Below are positions 38,604 to 38,791 of a DNA stretch of 38,791 nt, piece by piece. Position 1 is the stretch's first letter; every line of letters begins with the position of its first letter. Source of the stretch: an uncultured Lichenihabitans sp. GTDB taxonomy: Bacteria > Pseudomonadota > Alphaproteobacteria > Rhizobiales > Beijerinckiaceae. Location: NCBI GenBank assembly GCA_964247575.1, contig CAXTVD010000002.1:1-38791 (forward strand), given 5' to 3'. The notes under the pieces were generated by a model that did not search any database, was not told where the DNA came from, and worked only from the letters and a program-made list of their open reading frames with translations. Position numbers and translations under genes: made by a program.

Positions 38604-38791
38604 ATGCTAAACCCAGACGTCGTGGCCGGCTTGAGGACAGAGGTCAGGAGGAACGCGGACGTCGCCGCTTTCGCCGGCTATACGATCCGGCGTGCCCCGC
38701 TGGCGATCGCCTCGCCGCTTCTGCTCCAGAGCTTCACGTCCGCCCTTGGTCACATGCAGGCGCCCGATCGCGTGTTTGGCCGCCCGGCGGA
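38604..38791 (+). CDS. Possible start of a further hypothetical gene (runs off the right edge)
   Basis: Frame open from the ATG at 38604 to the window end (MLNPDVVAGLRTEVRRNADVAAFAGYTIRR...); no recognised motif. Confidence 0.35.
   Translation, partial: MLNPDVVAGLRTEVRRNADVAAFAGYTIRRAPLAIASPLLLQSFTSALGHMQAPDRVFGRPA

Overview
GC-rich alphaproteobacterial chromosome segment (gene content and order point to Hyphomicrobiales/Rhizobiales; this is inference). Left to right: 5' two-thirds of rpsA (missed by the ORF track) with a structured leader, a mini Omp2-type porin-like gene, a membrane diguanylate cyclase, argE, a KGG general stress protein behind a perfect EcfG promoter, a C-terminally truncated cysG-like gene, ggt, and the conserved minus-strand run coxB-coxA-ctaB-coxF-ctaG-coxC-DUF983-surf1-thrC-M16 peptidase-RimJ-like GNAT. 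Then come ialB, an orphan TadD-like TPR lipoprotein with a CtrA-like box, an M17 aminopeptidase with an NlpC/P60 gene, an ArsR/SDR pair with a clear operator, and a FadR-regulated amino-acid ABC importer ending in a Cys-less class V PLP enzyme. From about 28.4 kb to the right edge lies an accessory surface-glycan locus: a degenerate PhyH-like protein, GT4 and GT2, divergent from kdsA-kdsD/kpsF, a secreted beta-helix protein and a TPR-like hypothetical. No rRNA, tRNA, CRISPR array or mobile element was recognised. The most notable observations are (i) an aa3 oxidase whose Mg and Ca site ligands appear substituted in both subunits, (ii) the Kdo-linked glycan locus with a shared unnamed domain and apparent pseudo-enzymes, and (iii) the uncharacterised amino-acid import and PLP-enzyme module. 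All family assignments come from motif recognition by eye; no searches were run.
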